This document shows, one piece after another, positions 8,506 through 17,024 of a stretch of 43,245 bases of DNA. The DNA is from Acidobacteriota bacterium (GTDB lineage Bacteria; Acidobacteriota; UBA6911; JACQSX01), in NCBI GenBank assembly GCA_036507075.1, contig DASXQR010000062.1:1-43245 (forward strand). Reading direction: 5' to 3'. Each line of letters opens with the position of its first letter. Position 1 is the first letter of the stretch. The notes below the pieces were generated by a model. The model had not been told where the DNA came from and did not search any database. It saw only the letters and a list, made by a program, of their open reading frames with translations. A program made the position numbers and the translations under genes.

Positions 8506-10647
8506 ATGAAGAATCTCCAACACGCTCTGCCTTTCCTGATTGTCTTCCGTCTCATGCCTTTCCTCCACGCCGACGCTCTGTCCTGCGATATGACTGGCTA
8601 CAGCCCGCAGGCGGGGTTGGCGGCGTCAAGGGGTGAAAACACTCTGACGGTCACCTGGCAGGGGGAGCCGGGCACGCAGCTTCGCGCACAATTTGGCGTG
8701 CAATCGGGAAGTCCCGTGATCGCCACACTGTCGGTACAGAAGGCAAAAGCCGCCTGGCGCACGCTCGGCCGGAATCTGCAGCCGGAGTTTGGTGTTACCA
8801 CCGGCGTGCGGCGTTCCGGGCACGACCTGCCGGATGAAAAACGATGGGATGTTTACTGGGATGCGCCGCTCAGCATCCCGGGTGCTCCCACTGGAAATCC
8901 CAATCTTCCGCGGAAGCCGGAAGAGGTGCGGCGCTTCACAGCCTCTTACCACGCCACCGAATGCCGGGTGAAAACCGAAGGCGCGCGCCTGGAAATTCTC
9001 TTTAGCGGCGTCTCCATGGGCGTCTTCGCGGGAGATCTTCAATTCACGATTTATCGGGGAACGAACCTGATGCGAATGGAAGTGATTGCCAAAACGGAAG
9101 AGCCCTCGGTCGCCTACAAGTACTACGGAGGCCTGAAAGGATTTTCCACCGATATTTTCGATCGTGTAGAGTGGCGCGACACGGGAGGAAATGCGCAGCA
9201 GGTTCGCTTCGGCGGCGCGGCCAACAGCGATCCCGTTCCGTTGCGGGCGCGAAATCGGATTGCAATATTGTCGGGGCCAAACGGGTCGCTTGCGTTCTTT
9301 CCTCCGCCTCATCAGTTTTTCTTCGCGCGCCAGCTCGAAATCAATCTCGGTTTTGTCTGGTACCGCAAAGAAGCTGAGACAACGTTTTCGGCCGGGATTC
9401 GCCACGGTGAAAGCCATGAGGGCTACAACCCGGCGTGGATCCAGCAGGTGTTCGCGCTGTACAACGCCCCTCCCGGAACCTGGCAGCGCATGGCGGTTTA
9501 TTTTTATCCGAGTGCCGAGACATCGGATGCCTGCCGTGAATCTGCGCTCGCTTTTACGCATGGCGACAGGTTCAAACCCCTTCCCGGGTATAAGACTGTG
9601 GCGACTCACTTCCACACGGCATTCACGCAGGAGCTCATGGATTCAAAAAGCCTGGATACACAGCCGGGTTGGATTCCAAGCATGCGATCGCTGGGAGTGA
9701 ATATCGCGTTCATCTGCGACTTCCACGGCGACGGGCATCCGCGCGACCCGGGACCGGTCCGCCTCAGGGAACTCGAAAATTATTTTGCCGCCTGCCGCCG
9801 CCATTCCGATCGCGAGTTTCTGATTGTTCCCGGCGAAGAGCCGAATGAATACTTCGGGGGGCATTACAATCTTCTTTTTCCGAGGCCGGTCTACTGGACG
9901 CACGTGCGCCAGCCGGGTCAGCCGTTGGCGGAAAATGATCCGAAGCTGGGGACTGTTTACCACGCCGGAAGCACCGGCGACCTGCTTGAAATCCTCAAGA
10001 GAGAAAACGGGCTTGTGTGGCAAACGCATCCGCGCACCAAAGGGTCCACTTTTTACCCGGACCGGATCCGCGACAAAGATTATTTTTTGAGCGATCACTG
10101 GCTGGGCGCTGCGTTTAAGGCTCTGCCGGTTGACTTGTCGCAGAAACGGCTTTGCGAAGAACGCTGCTTCGGCACACTGGATGACATGAATAACTGGAAC
10201 GGCCGCAAATATCTTGTCGCCGAAGTGGACACCTACAAGAAATTCCCCGATTACGACCTGTACGGCGACTTCAACATTAACTATGTGAAGCTGGATCGCC
10301 TGCCGGACTTCAACGACTGGGGCGCGCTGGCCCGCGCTTTGCGGGCGGGAGATTTCTTTGTCTCGACGGGCGAAGTGCTGATTCGTAAATTTTCGCTGCA
10401 AGGAACCGGCCCAAAGCGAACTCTCAACGCCGATCTGGAATGGACTTTTCCGCTCGATTTTGTGGAAATGGTCTGGAGCGACGGGCAAAAAGTCGAGCGA
10501 CAGATAATTTCCACGACCGCTTATGCTCCTTTCGGCTCGCACCTGTTTCAAATTCCCTTTGATACGGCCGGCAAGAAATGGATTCGCTTTGCGGCCTGGG
10601 ATTCTGCGGGCAATGGAGCATTTACTCAGCCGGTGCACCTGAAGTAG
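8506..10647 (+). CDS. Secreted protein with C-terminal PHP-like metallohydrolase domain
   Basis: Signal peptide; THFHT, CDFH, GEE, GGHY, QTHP metal-ligand pattern; 713 aa open frame. Confidence 0.75.
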   Translation: MKNLQHALPFLIVFRLMPFLHADALSCDMTGYSPQAGLAASRGENTLTVTWQGEPGTQLRAQFGVQSGSPVIATLSVQKAKAAWRTLGRNLQPEFGVTTGVRRSGHDLPDEKRWDVYWDAPLSIPGAPTGNPNLPRKPEEVRRFTASYHATECRVKTEGARLEILFSGVSMGVFAGDLQFTIYRGTNLMRMEVIAKTEEPSVAYKYYGGLKGFSTDIFDRVEWRDTGGNAQQVRFGGAANSDPVPLRARNRIAILSGPNGSLAFFPPPHQFFFARQLEINLGFVWYRKEAETTFSAGIRHGESHEGYNPAWIQQVFALYNAPPGTWQRMAVYFYPSAETSDACRESALAFTHGDRFKPLPGYKTVATHFHTAFTQELMDSKSLDTQPGWIPSMRSLGVNIAFICDFHGDGHPRDPGPVRLRELENYFAACRRHSDREFLIVPGEEPNEYFGGHYNLLFPRPVYWTHVRQPGQPLAENDPKLGTVYHAGSTGDLLEILKRENGLVWQTHPRTKGSTFYPDRIRDKDYFLSDHWLGAAFKALPVDLSQKRLCEERCFGTLDDMNNWNGRKYLVAEVDTYKKFPDYDLYGDFNINYVKLDRLPDFNDWGALARALRAGDFFVSTGEVLIRKFSLQGTGPKRTLNADLEWTFPLDFVEMVWSDGQKVERQIISTTAYAPFGSHLFQIPFDTAGKKWIRFAAWDSAGNGAFTQPVHLK

Positions 10648-10649
10648 TC

Positions 10650-10782
10650 GCCACGATGACACGAAGGCACGAAGAATCAAGATTTATCCCCTAGTCACAC
10701 TCCTCACATCAACAATAAATTTATGCAGGAGTGACGCTTCCCACTGAATTGCTGAATCTTCGTGCCTTCGTGTGTTTGTGGC
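10650..10782. repeat. Palindromic element family A, copy 2
   Basis: gccacgatgacacgaaggcacgaag ... cttcgtgccttcgtgtgtttgtggc; inner gtcacactcct/aggagtgac; fills the gap between two convergent stops. Confidence 0.9.
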
Positions 10783-10785
10783 AGA

Positions 10786-13464
10786 TTAGTCTTTCGTCGC
10801 GGAATACAAAAGGCTGTTGAAGACCAGCGGATAAGTTCCCAGGCTTTGAGCGCGGTATTGAGGGCGGAAGCCGAAGAGGACGACCCGACCCTTTCCCAGT
10901 TTTACTTCCACGGCCGCATATCGGTTTGCGAGCTTGTCGCTGCCTAGAAGCCAGCCGCTGGCGAGAAGGCCGGAGGACGGATACTGCAGGAGTGGTTGAA
11001 TGTTGGGAGAGGGAATAAAGTCAAAGGCAGGCGACTCTTCAAACCAGATGTAAGACTTGTTGTCCATTCCCGCTGTGACCGGATGCTCCAGTTTCACGAT
11101 GGCGTTCAGGATGGATCCGGGCCCGTACAACTCGCGATTAGAGAGGCCGCGAGTGACATTGCTGACACCGATATTCCACGTCAGAGGCACCTCCGCGGCG
11201 CGGTTGAATGTTACCAGCGTGCCTCCGCTCTCCACGAACTCTCTCAGGTGCAAAAGGCCGGCCGGTGTGATTCCGCCGGTATACTCTTCGGGCATGGAGC
11301 CGCTCCGGTGTCCTTCTACCACGACGGAAACAACATCCCGGCCGCCTTCAGGATCCACGTCCGGAAGAATGACGGCATCAAACCGCCTTCTCAGATTGCC
11401 CTGGCGAAAGTCGCGATCCAGGATTGTTTCGTACGGAATCTGGTACTGGTCGAAAATCCAGCGGGTCCAACCTTCATCCATCGACGGCATATAGCTCTTG
11501 TAGAGCGCAATCCGGGGAACAACGGCTTTTACCGTCGACAACGGCGCCGGCGGCAAAGCGGTAAAAATAACTCCCAACTCGCGAGCCGGCAATTCCACTG
11601 CCTGCGCGATCCTTCGATCTCCGGAAATGAACGCCGCACCGTATGGAATTTCGCCCTGCGCTTTGGTGACAAACGAAACCTGAAAACCTTGCTTCATCAG
11701 TCGAAGCAGGGCCGGGGCGTCGTTTACGGCGGATCGTTTCAGAATATAGCCGGCCGCGTTGCCGATCCTTTCGACTCTTCCGGAAGGAGCGGCGATCTTC
11801 TCCACCAGTTTTCCGGCAAAGTCGAAGCGCTCCCGTACCGCCGCGGTTTTTACGCCCATCAGGAAAGGTAAAGTCTGGGCAGTGACGTCGTAGGGTCGCC
11901 TCGGTGGGCCTCCCGGATATTCACGCAGGTCCGGATAGTCCTGCCGTTCGAGCAGCGTCTTGGCCCAACTGCCGTAGGGCTGTGAATAGGGAATGATATA
12001 ACTGCCCGCCGGATACCGGACGCCCCCGGCAGAAAAAGGAGCGCTTGCCTGATAAATCTCCACCATCCCGAAGCGAAGCGTGTTCAGCATGCGCGCCATC
12101 GACTCCGGATCCTTCTGCTGCGGCGAAACCACGAAAGCGAACGGACCTTCGCTGCGTAAGACTGCCTTCTTTCCTATACGGTAGAAGTTAGCCAGAAACC
12201 TCTGCCGGTTGTTGGCCATGGTATGGAGCAGCGATTTGAAGGCGATCAACTGGTAGTCGACGATATCCCGCAGGCGCCAGTCGCCGCCGCGCCAAGGCTC
12301 GGGAAAATTCCAACTGCGTTGCTTCGGACTGTATCCACGACCTTGCACCGATAACTCATCGAAATTCAGGCGTACCGGAGTGGCGATGCGCGCGCTTGCC
12401 GATTCGGTCAGAATGCGAAACCCTCCGTGGTAGTTCTGATAGTGCCGGCTGGGCGTCCACAGATCATAGATGGCGTTCATTACCACGCCCGTCTTTCCGG
12501 CGGAAGTCAGATCAGTCGCCATCGAAGAGCCGACAAAGATGGTCTCCTGCTGAAGAATGGGATCAATGTTGGGATCGACAGGATCGAGCCAGGGCGGAAC
12601 AAAAATGCGCGCTCCCGTGCTGCTCATCTGGTGAACGTCATACACAACCTGTGGATGCCAGGCGTTGTGCAGCTTGCTGACAGCAAGCTGGGTTTCCACC
12701 TGCGTAAACATATACCAGTCACGGTTGTTGTCGTGTCCCAGATATCGGTGGTACAGAAAGGGCGGCGATGTTCCTTCGTAAGGCGTGCCAAGAGTCTTGT
12801 TGTACCAGTTGACTACCATCTCCTGCCCGTCGGGATTCAACGACGGCACCAGCAGCGTGATGGCATTGTGCAGGATCAGTCTCGTCTCGGTGTCCGATTG
12901 GGTGGCCATGTTATAGGCGAACTCCATCGACGTCTGGGCGCTGGCCACTTCCGTCGAATGGATATTGCAGGTGATCATGGCGATCACCTTGCTGTCGCCG
13001 TTGATCAACCTGAGCGCGTCCTGTTCGGAAGTAACTCTGGGGTCGGCCAACCGCTGGTTTAAGCGCTGGAAATAATCCAGCCGCTTCAGATTTTCCGGTT
13101 CCGACAGGAAGGCGACGATAAAGGGGCGGCCCTCGGTGCTTTTTCCCAGTTCCTGAACCAGCACACGGTCGGACTGGCGGTCCAGCAGGCGGAAATATTC
13201 CACAATTTTGGGCCAGGGCGCCAGTTTTCGGTCCGCCCCGACCTTGAAACCGAGGAAGGACTCCGGTGTGGTGACTTGCTGTGCGAGGGCGTTAAACGTG
13301 AAAAGGAGAATGGTTAACGCCGCAAAGGAGAAACGTTTGATGTTTTGGAGAGACGTCCCGCTGGACGTCTCAGGGTGGCTTCGGGGCTGGTCTGCAATCG
13401 ACTTCCCCTGAGACGGCCAGCGGGCCGTCTCTCCAAAAATATTCAAACACCGGGAGCGCGACAT
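10786..13464 (-). CDS. M14 family zinc carboxypeptidase, secreted
   Basis: HSTE zinc motif, PSLNPDG, HDNNRDW, DVHQM; C-terminal GATase-like domain. Start uncertain because a palindrome lies in the 5' end. Confidence 0.88.
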   Translation of the reverse strand: MSRSRCLNIFGETARWPSQGKSIADQPRSHPETSSGTSLQNIKRFSFAALTILLFTFNALAQQVTTPESFLGFKVGADRKLAPWPKIVEYFRLLDRQSDRVLVQELGKSTEGRPFIVAFLSEPENLKRLDYFQRLNQRLADPRVTSEQDALRLINGDSKVIAMITCNIHSTEVASAQTSMEFAYNMATQSDTETRLILHNAITLLVPSLNPDGQEMVVNWYNKTLGTPYEGTSPPFLYHRYLGHDNNRDWYMFTQVETQLAVSKLHNAWHPQVVYDVHQMSSTGARIFVPPWLDPVDPNIDPILQQETIFVGSSMATDLTSAGKTGVVMNAIYDLWTPSRHYQNYHGGFRILTESASARIATPVRLNFDELSVQGRGYSPKQRSWNFPEPWRGGDWRLRDIVDYQLIAFKSLLHTMANNRQRFLANFYRIGKKAVLRSEGPFAFVVSPQQKDPESMARMLNTLRFGMVEIYQASAPFSAGGVRYPAGSYIIPYSQPYGSWAKTLLERQDYPDLREYPGGPPRRPYDVTAQTLPFLMGVKTAAVRERFDFAGKLVEKIAAPSGRVERIGNAAGYILKRSAVNDAPALLRLMKQGFQVSFVTKAQGEIPYGAAFISGDRRIAQAVELPARELGVIFTALPPAPLSTVKAVVPRIALYKSYMPSMDEGWTRWIFDQYQIPYETILDRDFRQGNLRRRFDAVILPDVDPEGGRDVVSVVVEGHRSGSMPEEYTGGITPAGLLHLREFVESGGTLVTFNRAAEVPLTWNIGVSNVTRGLSNRELYGPGSILNAIVKLEHPVTAGMDNKSYIWFEESPAFDFIPSPNIQPLLQYPSSGLLASGWLLGSDKLANRYAAVEVKLGKGRVVLFGFRPQYRAQSLGTYPLVFNSLLYSATKD
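13347..13434. repeat. REP-like double-hairpin element (GGAGAGACG...CGTCTCTCC), copy 1
   Basis: Two GAGACG/CGTCTC hairpins within terminal IRs; inverted homologue at 39962-40050. Confidence 0.9.
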
Positions 13465-13562
13465 AAAAATTCTGCAAGGGACTCGCCCGGTATATTAACA
13501 TCGAAATTGGAACCTCCACCTGATCCCCGCTGGTGCTTAGTTGGATAAATTCGCGTTTGGGT

Positions 13563-13630
13563 TTCTCACCACCAAGGCACCAAGGCACCAAGCGATCTGA
13601 CTTTGTGTCTTGGTGCCTTGGTGGTGAGAA
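13563..13630. repeat. Short palindromic element (CACCAAGG 8-mer arms), family-A related
   Basis: ttctcaccaccaaggcaccaag ... cttggtgccttggtggtgagaa. Confidence 0.9.
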
Positions 13631-13667
13631 TGTTGTGACTAATTGCCAGCGGGATTTACGGAATAAG

Positions 13668-16600
13668 ATGAACAAGACTTATTACGCGGGTGACCTCGCT
13701 TCCATTGAAGCGCAATTTATCGCCTTTCTGACCGGCCAAACCGACCGCGATCCGCTGCAGGCGCGGGTAGTGCTGTGCGCCAGTCATCTGCTTGCCAACT
13801 ATCTGCGGCGACAGATCGCGCTGCTGGACTATCCCGCATTCAATCTGCGTTTTCACACCTTCGACACGCTGGCCGCCGAGTTGCTGCCGCTCGATTACCA
13901 GAAGAAAAAGCTGATCAGCCCGCTGGGAGAGCTCACGCTGTTGAAGGGCATCGTGCGAGCCCAACCCGGATACTTTTCTCCGGTTCGCGACAAGATCGGG
14001 TTCCTTTTTGCGCTGCTTGCGACGATTCAAGACCTGGTGGATGCAGGCATTGATGAAATCCCGGCTCCAGCCCGGAAGTCGGAGAAACTGAAAGATCTCG
14101 CGCGCATCTTCGCGGCCTTTCGCAAAGCGGCACAACCGTTTATTTCCCGAGCCGAGGCTTTGCGCATCGCCACCGGCAATGTGCATCGCTTCGCTGAAAT
14201 CTTCGGTTCCGATTCACTGACGGTGTACGGCTTCTACGACTTTACCGTGCTGCAGAAACTTTTTCTGATTGAAGCGTCTCGAAACCTTCATGCTTGCGCC
14301 TTTCTGCCTTCGGGAAAGGGAGAAGCCGCCGATTTTGCGCAACCGACACTCGATTTCCTGGCGGCGCAAGGCTTCAAGCAAGGTGATCCTGCCGGGAACC
14401 GGTCAAACAGAGAAGCCGGGAGCGGTCAAGATCTCGCGCGATTGCAGTCATCGCTGTTTGCCGTGCAGGGAATCACCACAGGGACACAGGGAGCGCAGAA
14501 ACTCAGTGTCCCCTGTGCCTCTGTGGTGATTTCGAGCCGGAGCGGCAAGGCTTCGACCAAGACAAGTCAAATTCCTGAACAAGGTTCTTTATTTGAAGAA
14601 CAAATCTCGACATCGGAAGAAGCGGACGGCTCTGTCCTGATTATTTCCGCGCGCGACGAACAGGAAGAAGTAATAGCGATAGGCCGTCAGATTCAGCGGC
14701 TGGCCCGTCAGGGGATCGATTTTTCCGAGATCGCCATTTTGCTCCGGAATCCGGAGGTCTATTCCCCGTTGATTGAAGATATTTTCCGGGCGAGCGAAAT
14801 TCCTTATTATCTGCAGTCCGGTACTCCACTGGCGCACTCTCACCCGGCAAAAGCGCTCCTTTTGCTGCTGGAGCTGCTTGACGGCGACTTTCCTCGCTTT
14901 GAAGTGGTCGAATTCGCCAGTTTTGCGCCGCTCAATTGGCGCGCCATTCTGCTGCCGGAAAAGCCTTCTGATTCTGATCTGCATGTCTCCCCGTCCGCGT
15001 GGAACAGGCTGAGTGCTGAAGCGGGCGTGGTCAGCGGGCTGCAGAGTTGGAACAGAAGATTGCGCGCTCTGGAGCGCAAACAGTTGGAGGATTTCACCCG
15101 CTCGGAAGCGGTTACCGAGGCGAAATCGCCCGCATCCGCGGCCGCGGCGGCGCGACAAGGGCGGGAATTTCACCTGCGCGTTAAGACCTTTCAGATTTCA
15201 AAACTGCTTGAATTTCTCGGCACATTGGATCAGTGGAGGCAAAAATTCCAGTCGTGCCGCACCTGGAGCGATTTTTCTGAAGCCACGAAAGAAGCCATCG
15301 AGCTGTTTTTTTATCGATCGCCCACCAGCCAGGCCGAGGATCCGCAAGTCTGGGACCAGTTGATTACGGTAATCGATGCCATCGCGACGCTCGAGCAGGT
15401 CGATGCCGACGCCTCCCTGACGCGATGGATTTCCGCCCTCCGTGAAACGTTGGAAAACGATCGGGTGCGCTCCGGCCGCTTTCAATCCGGGGGCGTGAGT
15501 GTGCTTAGCGTGATGGGTTCACGCGGGACGAGGCATCGAGTGGTTATTGTTCCAGGGATGGCGGAGCGAGGCTTCCCTCTGCTTTCGCGCCAGGATTCCG
15601 TCCTGCTGGATTGGGAACGGACGGCGCTTAACCAGGTTTCCTCGGCGGGGTTGCCGCTGAAATCAATGCGCGTCAAGGAAGAGAAGCTGCTGTTCCAGAC
15701 ATGCGCCTGCGCGGCGCGCGAGCGACTGGTTTTGACGCTGCCGCGATTGGAAGCTCAGGGCAGCCGCTCGCGCCTGCCATCACATTATTTGATCGGCGTC
15801 GCCGAAGCCCTTGCAGGCGCGCCACAGGACTTCGAGACGCTGGAAGAGCTGCCGCAGTTCGATCGGGTGGCACTGTCCGAGCTTGCTCCTGAGGAGTCCC
15901 AGGATGCGTTGACGGAAAATCAGTTTGCGCTGCGGGCGTTGCGAGATCCGTCAGAAGTTCCAGCCTCTTTGTATAAGAACGTATTGCAGCGCTCGCTCTC
16001 CGCCTATCGCGCCCGCTGGAGCGACCAGTTTACGCCGCACGATGGTCAGATTCAGTCCATCGATCTGATTGCGCGGATAGCCGCGTGGGCGGACACTCGC
16101 CGGATGTCGCCTTCCGCTCTGGAAATGTTCGCCACCTGTTCCTACAAGTTCTTTCTCAGACAACTGCTCGGCCTTGAGAAGACCGAAGAGCCGGAGGATA
16201 TTGAAACCCTGTCGGCGCTGGACAAAGGAACGCTGGTGCATCATGTTTTGGATACCTACATGCGCCGCGCGCATTCACTGGGTTGGTTTCCTCTGGCTCG
16301 CTCGCGCGCCGGCGAATTGCACCAGTTGATGGACGAAATTGCCGATAAGGATTTTGCTGAGACGGAAGAAAAGGGAATCACCGGTTACCGTCTTTTGTGG
16401 GAGCTTGCTTCCGAACGAATTCGCGCCGATCTGCACGCCTTCGTGGAACGGGAAATCGATCGCCAGCAGCAGTTCATTCCCGATCGATTCGAGGCCGGCT
16501 TCGGACGCGCAGAGTATCCGGTCGAACTGAAGCTGGCCGGCGGGCGCGCGTTGAATTTGAGTGGTCGCATCGATCGAATCGACCTCAACAACGCCCGGAC

Positions 16601-17024
16601 GGCAATCCGCGTGGTGGACTACAAGACAGGCAAAAATCGCCTGGACGAAAAAGCCGAATTTCAGGGCGGCAAGAAGCTGCAGCTTGCCATCTACCTGATG
16701 GCAGCCGCAAAAATTTATGGGCTGAAGGACCTGGAGGAAAGCCTGGCGGAATACTATTTTGTCTCTTCGGACGGCGAATTTGGCGTCCACTCCTTCACCG
16801 GCGAAGACTGGGAGGCGAAGCTTGAACGCCTGACACAACTCCTCTCCACGCTTCACGGCGCTATCTTGCAAGGCCTCTTTCCCGTCGATCCCGGTGTGAG
16901 CGGTGATCACTGCGATTGGTGCGACTACACACTGATTTGCGACAAAGCAGTGCAGCGCATTCACGGATTCAAGTCGCGGTCGCCGCTGCTTCAGTTCAAA
17001 CAGGAGCTGGGAAAATTCGAATGA
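13668..17024 (+). CDS. addB: ATP-dependent helicase/nuclease subunit B (AddB/RexB-like)
   Basis: Degenerate helicase body; SPSALE, C-x-YKFF plus CDWCDYTLIC (Fe-S ligands), GRIDRID, VVDYKTG, LQLAIY. Start moved to ATG 13668 because the ORF-track extension translates a repeat. Confidence 0.85.
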   Translation: MNKTYYAGDLASIEAQFIAFLTGQTDRDPLQARVVLCASHLLANYLRRQIALLDYPAFNLRFHTFDTLAAELLPLDYQKKKLISPLGELTLLKGIVRAQPGYFSPVRDKIGFLFALLATIQDLVDAGIDEIPAPARKSEKLKDLARIFAAFRKAAQPFISRAEALRIATGNVHRFAEIFGSDSLTVYGFYDFTVLQKLFLIEASRNLHACAFLPSGKGEAADFAQPTLDFLAAQGFKQGDPAGNRSNREAGSGQDLARLQSSLFAVQGITTGTQGAQKLSVPCASVVISSRSGKASTKTSQIPEQGSLFEEQISTSEEADGSVLIISARDEQEEVIAIGRQIQRLARQGIDFSEIAILLRNPEVYSPLIEDIFRASEIPYYLQSGTPLAHSHPAKALLLLLELLDGDFPRFEVVEFASFAPLNWRAILLPEKPSDSDLHVSPSAWNRLSAEAGVVSGLQSWNRRLRALERKQLEDFTRSEAVTEAKSPASAAAAARQGREFHLRVKTFQISKLLEFLGTLDQWRQKFQSCRTWSDFSEATKEAIELFFYRSPTSQAEDPQVWDQLITVIDAIATLEQVDADASLTRWISALRETLENDRVRSGRFQSGGVSVLSVMGSRGTRHRVVIVPGMAERGFPLLSRQDSVLLDWERTALNQVSSAGLPLKSMRVKEEKLLFQTCACAARERLVLTLPRLEAQGSRSRLPSHYLIGVAEALAGAPQDFETLEELPQFDRVALSELAPEESQDALTENQFALRALRDPSEVPASLYKNVLQRSLSAYRARWSDQFTPHDGQIQSIDLIARIAAWADTRRMSPSALEMFATCSYKFFLRQLLGLEKTEEPEDIETLSALDKGTLVHHVLDTYMRRAHSLGWFPLARSRAGELHQLMDEIADKDFAETEEKGITGYRLLWELASERIRADLHAFVEREIDRQQQFIPDRFEAGFGRAEYPVELKLAGGRALNLSGRIDRIDLNNARTAIRVVDYKTGKNRLDEKAEFQGGKKLQLAIYLMAAAKIYGLKDLEESLAEYYFVSSDGEFGVHSFTGEDWEAKLERLTQLLSTLHGAILQGLFPVDPGVSGDHCDWCDYTLICDKAVQRIHGFKSRSPLLQFKQELGKFE
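14471..14531. repeat. Palindromic element (CACCACAG arms) in frame inside addB
   Basis: aatcaccacagggacacaggg ... ccctgtgcctctgtggtgatt; encodes ITTGTQGAQKLSVPCASVVI. Confidence 0.85.

Noticed and set aside
8626..11871. Long antisense ORFs (8626-9615, 9643-10680, 10996-11871 and similar elsewhere)
   Set aside because: Shadow frames of GC-rich genes with no recognisable motifs.
13533..13667. N-terminal extensions in the ORF track (addB; also addA 16916, M49 23391, DUF4159 31367, radical SAM 36786, 26791, 39874)
   Set aside because: They run through repeats or neighbouring genes; downstream starts have an RBS, translational coupling or signal peptides.
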